Shown: positions 9,221 through 18,937 of the stretch, piece by piece
How positions within the stretch are numbered: the stretch's first letter is position 1
Layout: every line of letters starts with the position of its first letter
Assembly: GCA_948777935.1 (NCBI GenBank)
Contig: CAQDYY010000004.1
Coordinates: 21,264-85,263, forward strand
Source: an uncultured Clostridia bacterium
Lineage (GTDB): Bacteria; Bacillota; Clostridia; TANB77; CAG-508
DNA: 64,000 bases
Direction of reading: 5' to 3'
Notes under the pieces: model-generated
Told to the model about the DNA's origin: nothing
Databases searched by the model: none
Seen by the model: the letters and a program-made list of their open reading frames with translations, nothing else
Position numbers and translations under genes: made by a program

Positions 9221-9303
9221 TGGTGTCGATGGTGGGAATCGAACCCACATGGTTTCCCGCAGGTTTTTGAGACCTGTGCGTATACCAATTTCGCCACATC
9301 GAC
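9221..9303 (-). tRNA. tRNA-Leu (anticodon CAA), type-II tRNA with long variable arm
   Basis: reverse complement GTCGATGTGGCGAAATTGGTATACGCACAGGTCTCAAAAACCTGCGGGAAACCATGTGGGTTCGATTCCCACCATCGACACCA; acceptor stem 7/7 complementary; anticodon loop CTCAAAA; T-loop TTCGATT; 3' end ~100 nt from int. Confidence 0.85.
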
Positions 9304-9440
9304 ATATATTTTATAAAAATTAGGCGTTTTACAATTATGTTAGATATTTGTTAGATGTTAGAACTAATTTCAGCACTAGCAAATATCTAAACATTACTAT
9401 TTTCAATATATTTAGGATTTACATATAAAAAAATCCATTT

Positions 9441-9480
9441 AGATTTTGAGTCGTGTGCGTCTACCAATTCCGCCACTCGG
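9441..9480 (-). pseudogene. truncated 5' half of a second tRNA-Leu(CAA) gene (ends just after the anticodon loop)
   Basis: reverse complement GCCCGAGTGGCGGAATTGGTAGACGCACACGACTCAAAATC then unrelated AT-rich sequence; classic tRNA-Leu 5' half with no 3' half. Confidence 0.55.
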
Positions 9481-9614
9481 GCTTATTGTTATTTTTATGT
9501 TATATTCTTAGCTTTATGACTTATGTTGTAACTTAAGACTTTTCTTCCTAATAACTTTAAGTATATTATCATATTATAAAGAGCCAGTCAAGCACTAGCT
9601 CTCTAATTTTTTCT

Positions 9615-10793
9615 TTACCTTAATATTTCTTCTTTAAATGATTTTCCCTCCAATTGTTCCATACCTAATATATCTAGTATAGTTGCTGATATATCTGCAT
9701 ATGTGCCTCGAATTCCCAAATCTACATTTTCTTTTACTTGTTTACTATATACTAGTATTGGTATATATTCTCTATCATGGTCTGTTGAAGGCGTTGATGG
9801 GTCATTTCCATGGTCTGCTGTTATTATTAACATATCATTTTCTTTCATCTTCCCCATAATTTCTGGAAGCTTACTATCAAAGTATTCTAATGCTCCAGCA
9901 TATCCTTCTATATTGTTTCTATGTCCATATAACATATCAAAGTCTACTAAATTGGTATATATTAACCCTTTTGTATCTTTCTCTATTTCTTTAATAGTTT
10001 GACTAATTCCATCCTCATTCCCATTTGTATGAATCATTTTTGTCATTCCGCGACCTGAAAATAAATCTTGTATTTTTCCTATTGCAATTACTTCTTTTCC
10101 ATTTTCTTTTATAACATCTAGCATTGTTCTACCAAAAGATTCAGATTCAAAGTCTTTTCTATTATATGTTCTTGTGAAATTGTCCTTGCCATCTCCTATA
10201 AATGGTCTTGCTATTACTGTCCCTATATTGTACTCTGGCTTATTTAATATTTCTCTTGCTATTTTACAAATTTCATATAATTTTTGTACTGGAATAACAT
10301 CCTCATGTGCTGCAATTTGAAAAACACTGTCTGCTGATGTATATATTATTGGGTATCCAGTTTTAATATGTTCTTCTCCAAAACGTTTTAATATTTCTGT
10401 TCCAGAACCTACTTCGTTGCATAGAACTCCTTTTATCCCTGCTCTTTTAATAAATTCATCTATTAGTTCTTTTGGAAATGCATTTGGATATGTTTTAAAT
10501 CCATTTCTTAAAATAAAGCCAGACATCTCCCAATGCCCTACAGGGCTATTTTTCCCGACAGATTGCTCTATAGCTTTTCCATATGCACCTATAACATTTT
10601 CTTCTTTTGGTTCATTTACATTTATGTCTTTAATATTATACAATCCCATTTTTTTCATATTAGGTAAGTTTAAGCTAGTATTATTATAAATTCCTCTTAA
10701 TGTATTTGCTCCTACATCCCCATATTTATCTGCATCTGGTAGTTCACCTACTCCAAAACTATCTAAAACAATTACAATCGCTCTATTAATCAT
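9615..10793 (-). CDS. deoB: phosphopentomutase
   Basis: 'MINRAIVIVLDSFGVGELPDADKYGDVGANTL…' full-length DeoB. Confidence 0.95.
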   Translation of the reverse strand: MINRAIVIVLDSFGVGELPDADKYGDVGANTLRGIYNNTSLNLPNMKKMGLYNIKDINVNEPKEENVIGAYGKAIEQSVGKNSPVGHWEMSGFILRNGFKTYPNAFPKELIDEFIKRAGIKGVLCNEVGSGTEILKRFGEEHIKTGYPIIYTSADSVFQIAAHEDVIPVQKLYEICKIAREILNKPEYNIGTVIARPFIGDGKDNFTRTYNRKDFESESFGRTMLDVIKENGKEVIAIGKIQDLFSGRGMTKMIHTNGNEDGISQTIKEIEKDTKGLIYTNLVDFDMLYGHRNNIEGYAGALEYFDSKLPEIMGKMKENDMLIITADHGNDPSTPSTDHDREYIPILVYSKQVKENVDLGIRGTYADISATILDILGMEQLEGKSFKEEILR

Positions 10794-13080
10794 TTTCTTC
10801 CTTCTTTCTTAAATCATATTCATAAACATTAATTTTTATAGTATTAACTTTTAATTCATCTTTTATATTAGTAACTCTAAACTCATCTTTCTCTTTTAAT
10901 ATAGTTTCATAATCACTTAGCTTTATTAAGCATTTTGATTTAATATCCATTCCTAATGGTAATGTTTTATTATTATTATCGTAGTAAATACTGTTTGTAA
11001 AATAAACAATTGGCATATTCTCTTTTATATCTAATTTATATAAATTCAACTCTTTTTCATTAATATTTTCTTTTAACATTTCTTCTGGATTTATACAAAA
11101 TACCTGCATTGCATTTTCTTCTAAGTCTTTATCGCCTACATAATATATTGGAACTGAAATAGGTGAACTGCTTTTATCTATTGCTTCATATATAATGTTT
11201 AAAATATCTAACATTTTATCTTGATATTCTTCTAAGTTTAAATTTTTTGTTACATCTAAAATTTTTAGCTTATCTTTCATGTTTTCTCTATGCTTTTTCC
11301 CTGATAATACTTGTATTTTTGTATTATCTCCTACAACATTTCCAAATAAATCAAAATTTTCTGTATTAAATAAGATTCTTTCTTCTTCAGCTTGTTTTTT
11401 TAGTTCTTTTAGACTCTCTTCTAATAAATCTTTATTATCACAGTCATTTAAAACTTTTAATAGCTCAGTTGTGGCAATAAATATAGCATCTGTTTCTTTA
11501 TTATTTAAATTATTTCTTTGTTTTTTATCAATTAAGTTCCCTATTTCTTTAAAATCCTCATTATAATCAAATACTTTTTCTAATTTATTATCTTGTATTT
11601 GATCTTCCTTAGTTCCCTCTTGTAATAAGTTTTGCTCATCTTTATTTGCAAATTTCCAAAACTCAAATATGTTCTTTTCATGCTTGTCTATTTCCTCAAT
11701 ATATAAAGTAGCATTTTCAATCTTTTTTGATATAGCCTTTATTTTTCGTTCTTGAGCTTCTATATCTAATTTAAAGTTCTTTACATTTTGTAAAACCTCA
11801 TCTAAATCTTTACATATTTTTATTATATCTTCTATTGTGTAATATTCTTTTTGTATAAATTCTATTTCTTTTGTTTCTTCTTTTGGTAATTCTTCTACAT
11901 TTTGCTTTATATCTTCTTGTACATTTTTATCTAATTCTTTTTGTATTTTTTTAGACTTAAAAAAATACTTTACTTTACCAAAAAAAGTTTTCTTACATTC
12001 TAAATACGTAGCTATTTGCTTTTCTTTTATAAAGTATTCTTGCTCTTTTTTTAAACCTTCTTTTTTTAACTTTTCTAGATTTATTTGTAACCTCTTGCTA
12101 TTTTCTAACTCTGTATTTATTTGATTTTTCATATTTTCATATTCTTTTACTAAAAGTTCCATTAAGCTATCATATGTGATCTTCTTTTTGCCATATATAA
12201 AGTCTAGCCCACCTAAATAATTGACTTTTAGTTTGAATTTGTAGTAATGTGGCATTTCTGTATTTAAAATAAATAACGCTTTTAACAATTTATAAAATTT
12301 TTCTACTTCTTCTTTATCTTGAAATTTTATTTTATATTCACTTTGTATATTTTCATACACATGTGCTTTTCCTACAATTTGAAGACTCATATTGCCTTCT
12401 TTATCATAAACTTCATATGTGATTGGCCAATCTTTTGCAAAAAAACATATATATTTTTCAAGGTCTAATATTTGTGAAGATTTTAAGTATTCTCCCGAGT
12501 ATTCTTCATGCGAAATTGGTACATATATGAATTCTTCTTTTTTGGATTTCTTTAGTTCTATTTGCTTTTTTAATAAATAGAAAAAAGCTGCATAATCTAG
12601 ATCTTCTGTAGGTACTAGCATAAAGTATGTGTCTTCTATATCTGAATAGTATATTTGCCATAGGTAATTTGAGTTAAATTTTACAAGAAATGGCACTTGT
12701 TTTTTTAATTCTTTTTGTTTACTCTCTAAATCTTCTATTTCACTTAAATTTACTTGTTTTAGCATTTTTAAAAATGTAGCATAATTTATAATGTTCTCTT
12801 CTTGCTTAGAATCTAAATAATCTGCAATACTCTTTGCTTGTTTATATTTCTCTATAATAGTATTTAACCTATTACATGGTGTTAGTAAAATTCTTATTTT
12901 AGATATAGGAATATATCTATATACTCTATACTTGTTTTCTTCTATATTTTTTGACGGTCTATAATCTATTTTCTTTGTTTGTTTTAAAAAAGCTGGTATT
13001 TTTGCTAAATTCAAGCCAATATATTCTAATTTTGATAATACTGTATCTTCTTTTGTATTCTTTGTCATAATATCCTCCAC
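10786..13080 (-). CDS. large lysine/glutamate-rich coiled-coil protein of unknown function
   Basis: 764-aa ORF, high K/E content, no recognisable catalytic motif; preceded by a ~300-nt leader. Confidence 0.55.
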   Translation of the reverse strand: MEDIMTKNTKEDTVLSKLEYIGLNLAKIPAFLKQTKKIDYRPSKNIEENKYRVYRYIPISKIRILLTPCNRLNTIIEKYKQAKSIADYLDSKQEENIINYATFLKMLKQVNLSEIEDLESKQKELKKQVPFLVKFNSNYLWQIYYSDIEDTYFMLVPTEDLDYAAFFYLLKKQIELKKSKKEEFIYVPISHEEYSGEYLKSSQILDLEKYICFFAKDWPITYEVYDKEGNMSLQIVGKAHVYENIQSEYKIKFQDKEEVEKFYKLLKALFILNTEMPHYYKFKLKVNYLGGLDFIYGKKKITYDSLMELLVKEYENMKNQINTELENSKRLQINLEKLKKEGLKKEQEYFIKEKQIATYLECKKTFFGKVKYFFKSKKIQKELDKNVQEDIKQNVEELPKEETKEIEFIQKEYYTIEDIIKICKDLDEVLQNVKNFKLDIEAQERKIKAISKKIENATLYIEEIDKHEKNIFEFWKFANKDEQNLLQEGTKEDQIQDNKLEKVFDYNEDFKEIGNLIDKKQRNNLNNKETDAIFIATTELLKVLNDCDNKDLLEESLKELKKQAEEERILFNTENFDLFGNVVGDNTKIQVLSGKKHRENMKDKLKILDVTKNLNLEEYQDKMLDILNIIYEAIDKSSSPISVPIYYVGDKDLEENAMQVFCINPEEMLKENINEKELNLYKLDIKENMPIVYFTNSIYYDNNNKTLPLGMDIKSKCLIKLSDYETILKEKDEFRVTNIKDELKVNTIKINVYEYDLRKKEEND

Positions 13081-13104
13081 TTTTTAGTTTCTTTTAAGTA
13101 GTAT

Positions 13105-13400
13105 ATCACAAAAAAATGATTCATACAATTTCAGAATCATTTTTTTCATTGTATACAACAAAAACCCCGCCTTAGCCGTCATTCTCAAGAGATTTTACGG
13201 ACCTGTACTCACACAGGTGGGTGCTTACCTAAATACTCCTGGGTTTCTTACATTCAGTAAGCATACACGCCATATTTAGAGGTCGGCTCCCAATTCCAAA
13301 ACTTGTAGGTTCTAAAATATCTTGTTTGTCGTACTACGCAGGGATTTTAAGACTGTAAGAATCTTTTTGTGGTTTCCACCACTTACGAATTCTTAAATTC
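13105..13400 (-). other. long 5' leader / candidate structured RNA upstream of the 764-aa gene; begins with R3-family hairpin motif
   Basis: 5' end GAATTTAAGAATTCGTAAGTGGTGGAAACCACAAA (R3 motif, stem GTGGT/ACCAC); several further hairpins (CCTGTGTGAGTACAGG; GCTTAC…GTAAGC). Confidence 0.35.
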
Positions 13401-13600
13401 TTTTCTTCTATTTACTTTGTATATTTATATTATCATATGAAAACATATTTTTTCAAATATTGCTTTTTGTTGTTTTTATCCTTTAAACCTATTTTAATTT
13501 GTTTATCTTTAGTTTATATATTATACTCTATATTATTCACATTATTTTAAATGTTGCATAAGTTTTCTTAATTTGATAAAATATTAATTAATGTTTTGTG

Positions 13601-13630
13601 AAAAGACGTGTTTATATACGTCTTTTTTCT
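13601..13630. terminator. bidirectional terminator hairpin (GACGTG-tttatata-CGTC + T/A runs)
   Basis: stem-loop flanked by A-run upstream and T-run downstream, just 3' of uppP. Confidence 0.5.
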
Positions 13631-13635
13631 ATGTT

Positions 13636-14433
13636 CTATAATACAAAAGTCAACACAATAATTGCAATACCTAGAATAACACGATAAATTGCAAAACCCT
13701 TGAAGCTTCCTTTTTTTAGATACTCTAGCAAGAATTTTATTACTACTATTCCTGTTATAAAACTAAATAGCACCCCCATAAAGAAAGCAAGTGTAAATTC
13801 AAAATCTTTTATACTTACTAATACTGCTGCTAAAATAATTGGTGTTGATAGTAAAAATGAATATTTTGCTGCACTTTCTCTATCTAGTTTTAACGCTCTT
13901 GCAACTGTCATTGTTATACCCGACCTCGAAGTTCCCGGAAATGCTGCTGCTATTGCTTGTGATAATCCTATTAAAAATGATTGCTTAAATGTCATGTTCT
14001 CAAGTTTTACTTCTGATTTTGATTTCTTATCTACTACATATAAAACAATACCTAAAACAATAAGTGCTATTGCTATTAGTATCATTTCTATTCCAAATTT
14101 TTCACATATTTTATCTGATAATTTATCTAATACTAAACTTAAAATTCCTGTTGGTATTGTTACAATAACTATGTACCAAAATAATCTTCCTTCTGTTGAC
14201 TTTTTCTTTTTTACAACTTGGTTATATCCTCCTTTAAATAAAGCTAACCAATCTTTAAAGAAAAATATCGTTATTGCAAGTAATGTTCCCAAATGTAAGG
14301 CAACATCAAAACTTTCTGGCATTTCCCACTTAAATATCCATGGTATAATGTTTAAATGTGCTGAACTTGATATTGGTAGCAGTTCAGTTAACCCTTGTAC
14401 TATTCCTAAAATAATTGCTTGTATAATTGTCAT
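13636..14433 (-). CDS. uppP: undecaprenyl-diphosphate phosphatase
   Basis: 'MTIIQAIILGIVQGLTELLPISSSAHL' BacA/UppP signature; polytopic membrane protein. Confidence 0.9.
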   Translation of the reverse strand: MTIIQAIILGIVQGLTELLPISSSAHLNIIPWIFKWEMPESFDVALHLGTLLAITIFFFKDWLALFKGGYNQVVKKKKSTEGRLFWYIVIVTIPTGILSLVLDKLSDKICEKFGIEMILIAIALIVLGIVLYVVDKKSKSEVKLENMTFKQSFLIGLSQAIAAAFPGTSRSGITMTVARALKLDRESAAKYSFLLSTPIILAAVLVSIKDFEFTLAFFMGVLFSFITGIVVIKFLLEYLKKGSFKGFAIYRVILGIAIIVLTFVL

Positions 14434-14500
14434 AATTTTTTACCTCTTTTCCTTTGTTTTTATATAATTTAAATTTTTAATAACTCTTTCCATTTGATTT

Positions 14501-15367
14501 TTAATTATTATCTATTTCTTTAAACATATTTAATAATGTTTCTTTCATAAATTCTGCTGATGTAACTGGTGATACTTTTCCTGGAAGTGATAATGCCCAA
14601 TTAAATTTTATGCCTAATTCTTTTACTGCTTGTTTATCTACTCCCCCTGGTGCAGATGCCAAATCTATAATTAAAGCATCTTCTTTTACTTGTTCTAACA
14701 TATCTTTATCTAATACTACATATGGTATTGTATTAATAATAATATCAAATCTATTTAGATTTTCTTTTAATTCTATTAGATTGATTGGCTCATATCCATA
14801 TGCCTTTATCCATGCAAGATCTGTTGTTTTTCTTGCTTCACATGCTACTCTTGCTCCAATTCCATCTAACATTTTAGATAGCACTTTCCCTATTCTTCCA
14901 AATCCTAGTACTAGTACATTATTCCCATGTAAATTCTTTGGTGTTTCATTAATTGCAATTTGAATTGCTCCTTCAGCTGTAGAAATTGCATTTAATACAG
15001 CTAATTCTTCTCTTTTTATAATATCTAAAATTGTAATGTCTTTTTCTTCTACCATTTCGTACACTTCTTGCTTAATAGAACCTGCAATAAATGTTTTTCC
15101 TCCTATTTCATTTATTAAGTCTTCTATTTGGACTTTTTCCTCACTAAATGGTGTATTTACAAATTCTCCAGTACTAGACAATGGCAATGGTCCTAATACA
15201 ATATCTGCATCTTTTACACATTCTTTTATATTGTTAGTTTTAGTATCTACAAGTTCATGTGCCTTTTCTAGCGCATATGTCTTTACATTATAGTTTTCTT
15301 TTTTTAGCATAGAAGCTAATTTAACAATTCTTAAGTCTCCACCAATAATAGCTATATTTTTAATCAT
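14501..15367 (-). CDS. dpaA: dipicolinate synthase subunit A-like (SpoVFA/DpaA homolog)
   Basis: Collinear with B. subtilis DpaA: IAIIGGDLRI; NAISTAEGAIQIAINET; VLVLGFGRIGKVL…GARV; IIDLASAPGG…LSLPG; no DpaB-like gene adjacent. Confidence 0.8.
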   Translation of the reverse strand: MIKNIAIIGGDLRIVKLASMLKKENYNVKTYALEKAHELVDTKTNNIKECVKDADIVLGPLPLSSTGEFVNTPFSEEKVQIEDLINEIGGKTFIAGSIKQEVYEMVEEKDITILDIIKREELAVLNAISTAEGAIQIAINETPKNLHGNNVLVLGFGRIGKVLSKMLDGIGARVACEARKTTDLAWIKAYGYEPINLIELKENLNRFDIIINTIPYVVLDKDMLEQVKEDALIIDLASAPGGVDKQAVKELGIKFNWALSLPGKVSPVTSAEFMKETLLNMFKEIDNN

Positions 15368-15413
15368 CTAATCACATTCCTTTCTTATTTAATTGTATTT
15401 TTGTTTTCTAAAA

Positions 15414-16616
15414 TTATTCTTCTCTTTCTTTTTGTATATCTTTTCTAATTTCTTTGTATTCTTTTTTATTTGTTTGCTCATTTCGGCTTAATTTTCCTAC
15501 TATTTTAGTTGTTTCTTCTAAATGTTTTTGTACTTTCTTTTCTTTTTTTGTTAATTCTAATGGTTTTGGTTCTACTTCTTCTAAATTAGGAAAGTTCATA
15601 TGTGCTTTTATTGGGATAAATACTGGCTCTTTTTCTGCCTTTTTATACATATATGGATCAATCTCAATTGCTACATTTAAATAATTAATGGCATTTTCCT
15701 TTTCTCCACGAAGCATACATATTTTAGCTAAATTATAGTATGCTTTTGGCTCTAATAGGTTGTCTGCTAATGCATTCATAAAGTATTTTTCTGCTTCATC
15801 TAAATCGTTATATATAAAACTAATTTGTCCTAAACTATAATAAGAATTGTAAAGAAGTGTGTTAATTTCTGCTGCTTTTTCGTAACAAATTTTTGCATTT
15901 TGGAAATCGTTTAACATTGTATATACCATTCCCATATTGTAATATAGTTCATAACTTGTTGGATTATATTTTAATGCTTCATTATACATATTTGCAGCTT
16001 CCTTATAACGTTCTTGTTCACAGTATATATCTCCTAAAAGCTCTGTTGCTTCTATCATATCTGGCTTTTTACGTAATAAGTTTTCTAACATTTCTGATGC
16101 TTCTTGCTTTTTATCTAATTCATTTAAAAGATACGATATTTGATAATATGAGTTATAATCTTTTTTGTTAATATCTATTACTTGTACATATTCGTCTATT
16201 GCTTTTCTCATTCCGCCTTCTTTTTCATAAATTTTAGCTAGCATTTTATGTCCTAAATAACTTTCTGGATATTTTGTTACTAACTTTATTAAAAAGTTTT
16301 TGCTAAGCTTGTTATTATTAAAGAATGTAGCAATTTTACTAAGTGTAATGTATATAAGTTCTGAAAAATTTACATTTTTAAATTCTATATAAATAATTAC
16401 TGCTGGAATTATAACAGAAATTAAATAAATAAGTATTCTTATAAATGTATTTATTTTCCATCTAAATATAATTTCTATGAAATTTATTGCAATTCCAAGT
16501 GCTTGTAAACAAAGAACTACAACATAGTTTGTATCATTTTTCTTAATCATTTTAAAGAACATGATAACAAATAAGGAAAATGCTAATACATTAAATATAA
16601 TTTTTTCTGCTAACAT
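15414..16616 (-). CDS. membrane-anchored tetratricopeptide (TPR) repeat protein
   Basis: N-terminal TM helices followed by multiple TPR-like repeats (AxxYxxA/LG motifs). Confidence 0.7.
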   Translation of the reverse strand: MLAEKIIFNVLAFSLFVIMFFKMIKKNDTNYVVVLCLQALGIAINFIEIIFRWKINTFIRILIYLISVIIPAVIIYIEFKNVNFSELIYITLSKIATFFNNNKLSKNFLIKLVTKYPESYLGHKMLAKIYEKEGGMRKAIDEYVQVIDINKKDYNSYYQISYLLNELDKKQEASEMLENLLRKKPDMIEATELLGDIYCEQERYKEAANMYNEALKYNPTSYELYYNMGMVYTMLNDFQNAKICYEKAAEINTLLYNSYYSLGQISFIYNDLDEAEKYFMNALADNLLEPKAYYNLAKICMLRGEKENAINYLNVAIEIDPYMYKKAEKEPVFIPIKAHMNFPNLEEVEPKPLELTKKEKKVQKHLEETTKIVGKLSRNEQTNKKEYKEIRKDIQKEREE

Positions 16617-16706
16617 GATTTTCCCCTTTCTTTTTGTTTATGTACCTATTTTATGACATTTTTTTAAAAAAGTCCATAGTATTAGCAAAATTTAGAATAA
16701 CTTGTT

Positions 16707-16967
16707 TAATTATTCAATGCTTTTTTGAAAACATCTCTATATGAATAATTTTGTAAGAACCCTCCGTCAGTGCTTCGCACTGCCAGCCACTGCATAAGAT
16801 ATCTGTAATGCTCACTAACGTTCGCTAACAGCTATCTTAACCTCCCTTGAGTAAAGGAGGCTTTTCTCTACATTTTTAAATAAACTATTCTAGTCTAAAA
16901 CAGTAGAGTAAAGGCCCCTTTATTTAAGGGGGCTGTCGTTCGTAAGAACGACTGGGGGTTCTAATAT
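16707..16967 (+). repeat. R2 family structured repeat, copy 1 (~250 nt multi-hairpin element)
   Basis: near-identical to 36127-36380 and reverse-complement of 61381-61590; closing stem AGAACCCTCC/GGGGGTTCT; internal hairpins with UUCG/GNRA-type loops. Confidence 0.7.
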
Positions 16968-17065
16968 ACGCAACATTTTGCCTTTAAGGCTTTGAATAAT
17001 TACTAACTTGCTTAATATATTACCCTATGCTATAATACAAAAAAAAAGAATTAGGAGTTAATTTT

Positions 17066-17627
17066 ATGAGAATTGGAATTGATATTGATGATGTTATTAC
17101 TGATACTTCTTTTGCTATGAAGGATTATGTAATGAAATATGATAAAGATGGAGAAATACAGGAACATATGGTAGATGTAATGCGTGGCGACCCTTCTACA
17201 CCTAATGTTTATAAATTTTGTTTAGATAATTATCTTAAAATTTTTAAAGCTACAAAAGTAAAAGAAAATGCAAGTGAAGTAATTCGGCCGTTTTATTGAA
17301 AATGGACATGATGTTTATATTGTTACTGCAAGAGGAGAAGAAAGAGAATTATTTAAGGGAACTGAAGATTTTACCATAAACTATTTAGAATCAAACAATA
17401 TCCCCTATTCAAAAATATTGTTTAACTGTATAGATAAAGCTTCTATATGTAAAGAAAACAATATTGATTTACTAGTAGATGATTCTATTAAGCATTGTGA
17501 GGCAGTACATAACGAAAATATAAAAAGTATATTGTTTACTTCTGTAGTTAATAAAAATCTTCCCACACAGATTGAACGAGTTGATAATTGGTTAGAACTA
17601 GAAGAAAAAATAAATGGAATGAAATAG
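17066..17627 (+). pseudogene. HAD-superfamily 5'(3')-deoxyribonucleotidase-like (NT5C/YorS-like), split by a frameshift near 17290
   Basis: 'MRIGIDIDDVITDT' DxD HAD motif I; C-terminal part 'IENGHDVYIVTARGE…' continues in a different frame. Confidence 0.6.
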
Positions 17628-17640
17628 TATTTTTTTCTCT

Positions 17641-18699
17641 TTACTTTCCCTTTTCGATTTCTTCTATTTCTTTTTTAGTTGCTTTTGTTAATTCTCGTAT
17701 TTCCTTCAAACTCACTCCTTTTTTTATCATATTACTTATAATTGTTTTTCTTCCTTCCTTTATTCCTTCTTCCCATACCATTTCTACACATCCTAACATG
17801 TCTCCTTCTTCTCCTTTCATTTCTTTTATTAACTCTTTTACTTTTTCTTCTCCTATTTTCCCTTTTAAATTTGCTCTTATGATGCTAATTAAATCATTTT
17901 TTTCTTCTTTTGTTAATTGCTTTTCTATTCTGGGTAATATTCTTCTTAATTCATCTACATTTTCATATTTTTCTATTAAAAATATTTTGTCCATATATTT
18001 ATCGCTTTTTAATAAGTCTTCTTTTGTATATCTATTTATATCTATTAAGTTATATTGTTGTAAATTTAAGTTTTCTAGCCTTTCATCTTGCACTGTACTT
18101 AATTTTCTTTTTACTGTCCATTTTTCTTTTCCTGTATATAATACTATTGGTATTACTGTTGGCACTTCATATTCTTTTGTTTTTATCTTTTCTTTGTCTA
18201 TTGCACTTTTCATTATTTCTAGTTTGTATTCTTCTAGTCTAAAACTCATTGAATAATCCACTCTACTTTGATGCTCAATTAGAAAATATATTTCTTTATT
18301 TTTCATCTTATATACTACATCTGTTTCTTTATCTGTATACTCTTCTGTTATGTATCTATTTGTATATTTTTCTATTTCTTTTTCATCTATTGTTTTTGCT
18401 AATTTTAATGCTTTATTTATAATGTATGTAGCATATTTTTTGTTATCTAATATTTTTCGATATGTTTTATCATGTATATTGTGTATAGTATTAGAACTCA
18501 TTGCTTCATACTTTGCTTCTGTTTCTCTTATTTCAATGCAATGTATTGTTTTTTGTCTTTCTATATACAAATAATCGTAATATGTAAATTTTGCTATATT
18601 CTTTCTTGTAAATATATCATAATATATGTTTGCTTTATTGTCAATATATTTTCTGATTTTTTTCTCTTTTTGACTGGTTTTTATTTTAATTACCTCCAT
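17641..18699 (-). CDS. Rpn/YhgA-like PD-(D/E)XK recombination-promoting nuclease / putative transposase
   Basis: 'IYFLIEHQS' core motif and C-terminal YhgA-like helical repeats. Confidence 0.75.
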   Translation of the reverse strand: MEVIKIKTSQKEKKIRKYIDNKANIYYDIFTRKNIAKFTYYDYLYIERQKTIHCIEIRETEAKYEAMSSNTIHNIHDKTYRKILDNKKYATYIINKALKLAKTIDEKEIEKYTNRYITEEYTDKETDVVYKMKNKEIYFLIEHQSRVDYSMSFRLEEYKLEIMKSAIDKEKIKTKEYEVPTVIPIVLYTGKEKWTVKRKLSTVQDERLENLNLQQYNLIDINRYTKEDLLKSDKYMDKIFLIEKYENVDELRRILPRIEKQLTKEEKNDLISIIRANLKGKIGEEKVKELIKEMKGEEGDMLGCVEMVWEEGIKEGRKTIISNMIKKGVSLKEIRELTKATKKEIEEIEKGK

Positions 18700-18937
18700 T
18701 CTTTTGTAGTTTTCTTTCTAGGTAATTTTAAGAATTAACTTTTAGAATAAAATTCTTAAGATTGTTTTGAAATTAATCTATATTTTTGTCTTTATATTAA
18801 ATATTAAAGCACAATATGATAAATACTGTCAAGAAAAACATTTCGATAAAATTCGACATTCTACAACTATAAAGAAACACCTTAAGCTTAAGAGCATGGT
18901 AAGAACCATGCTCTGTTTTTTAAGTATTTATTTGGAT

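Noticed and set aside
13105-13400. Considered RNase P RNA, SRP RNA, tmRNA, 6S, GEMM or ydaO riboswitch identities for this structured leader
   Set aside because: None of the conserved core motifs (for example GGAAAGUCCGG for RNase P, the tmRNA tag ORF, or the SRP domain IV GNAR/AGCAG) are present. Left as unassigned structured leader.
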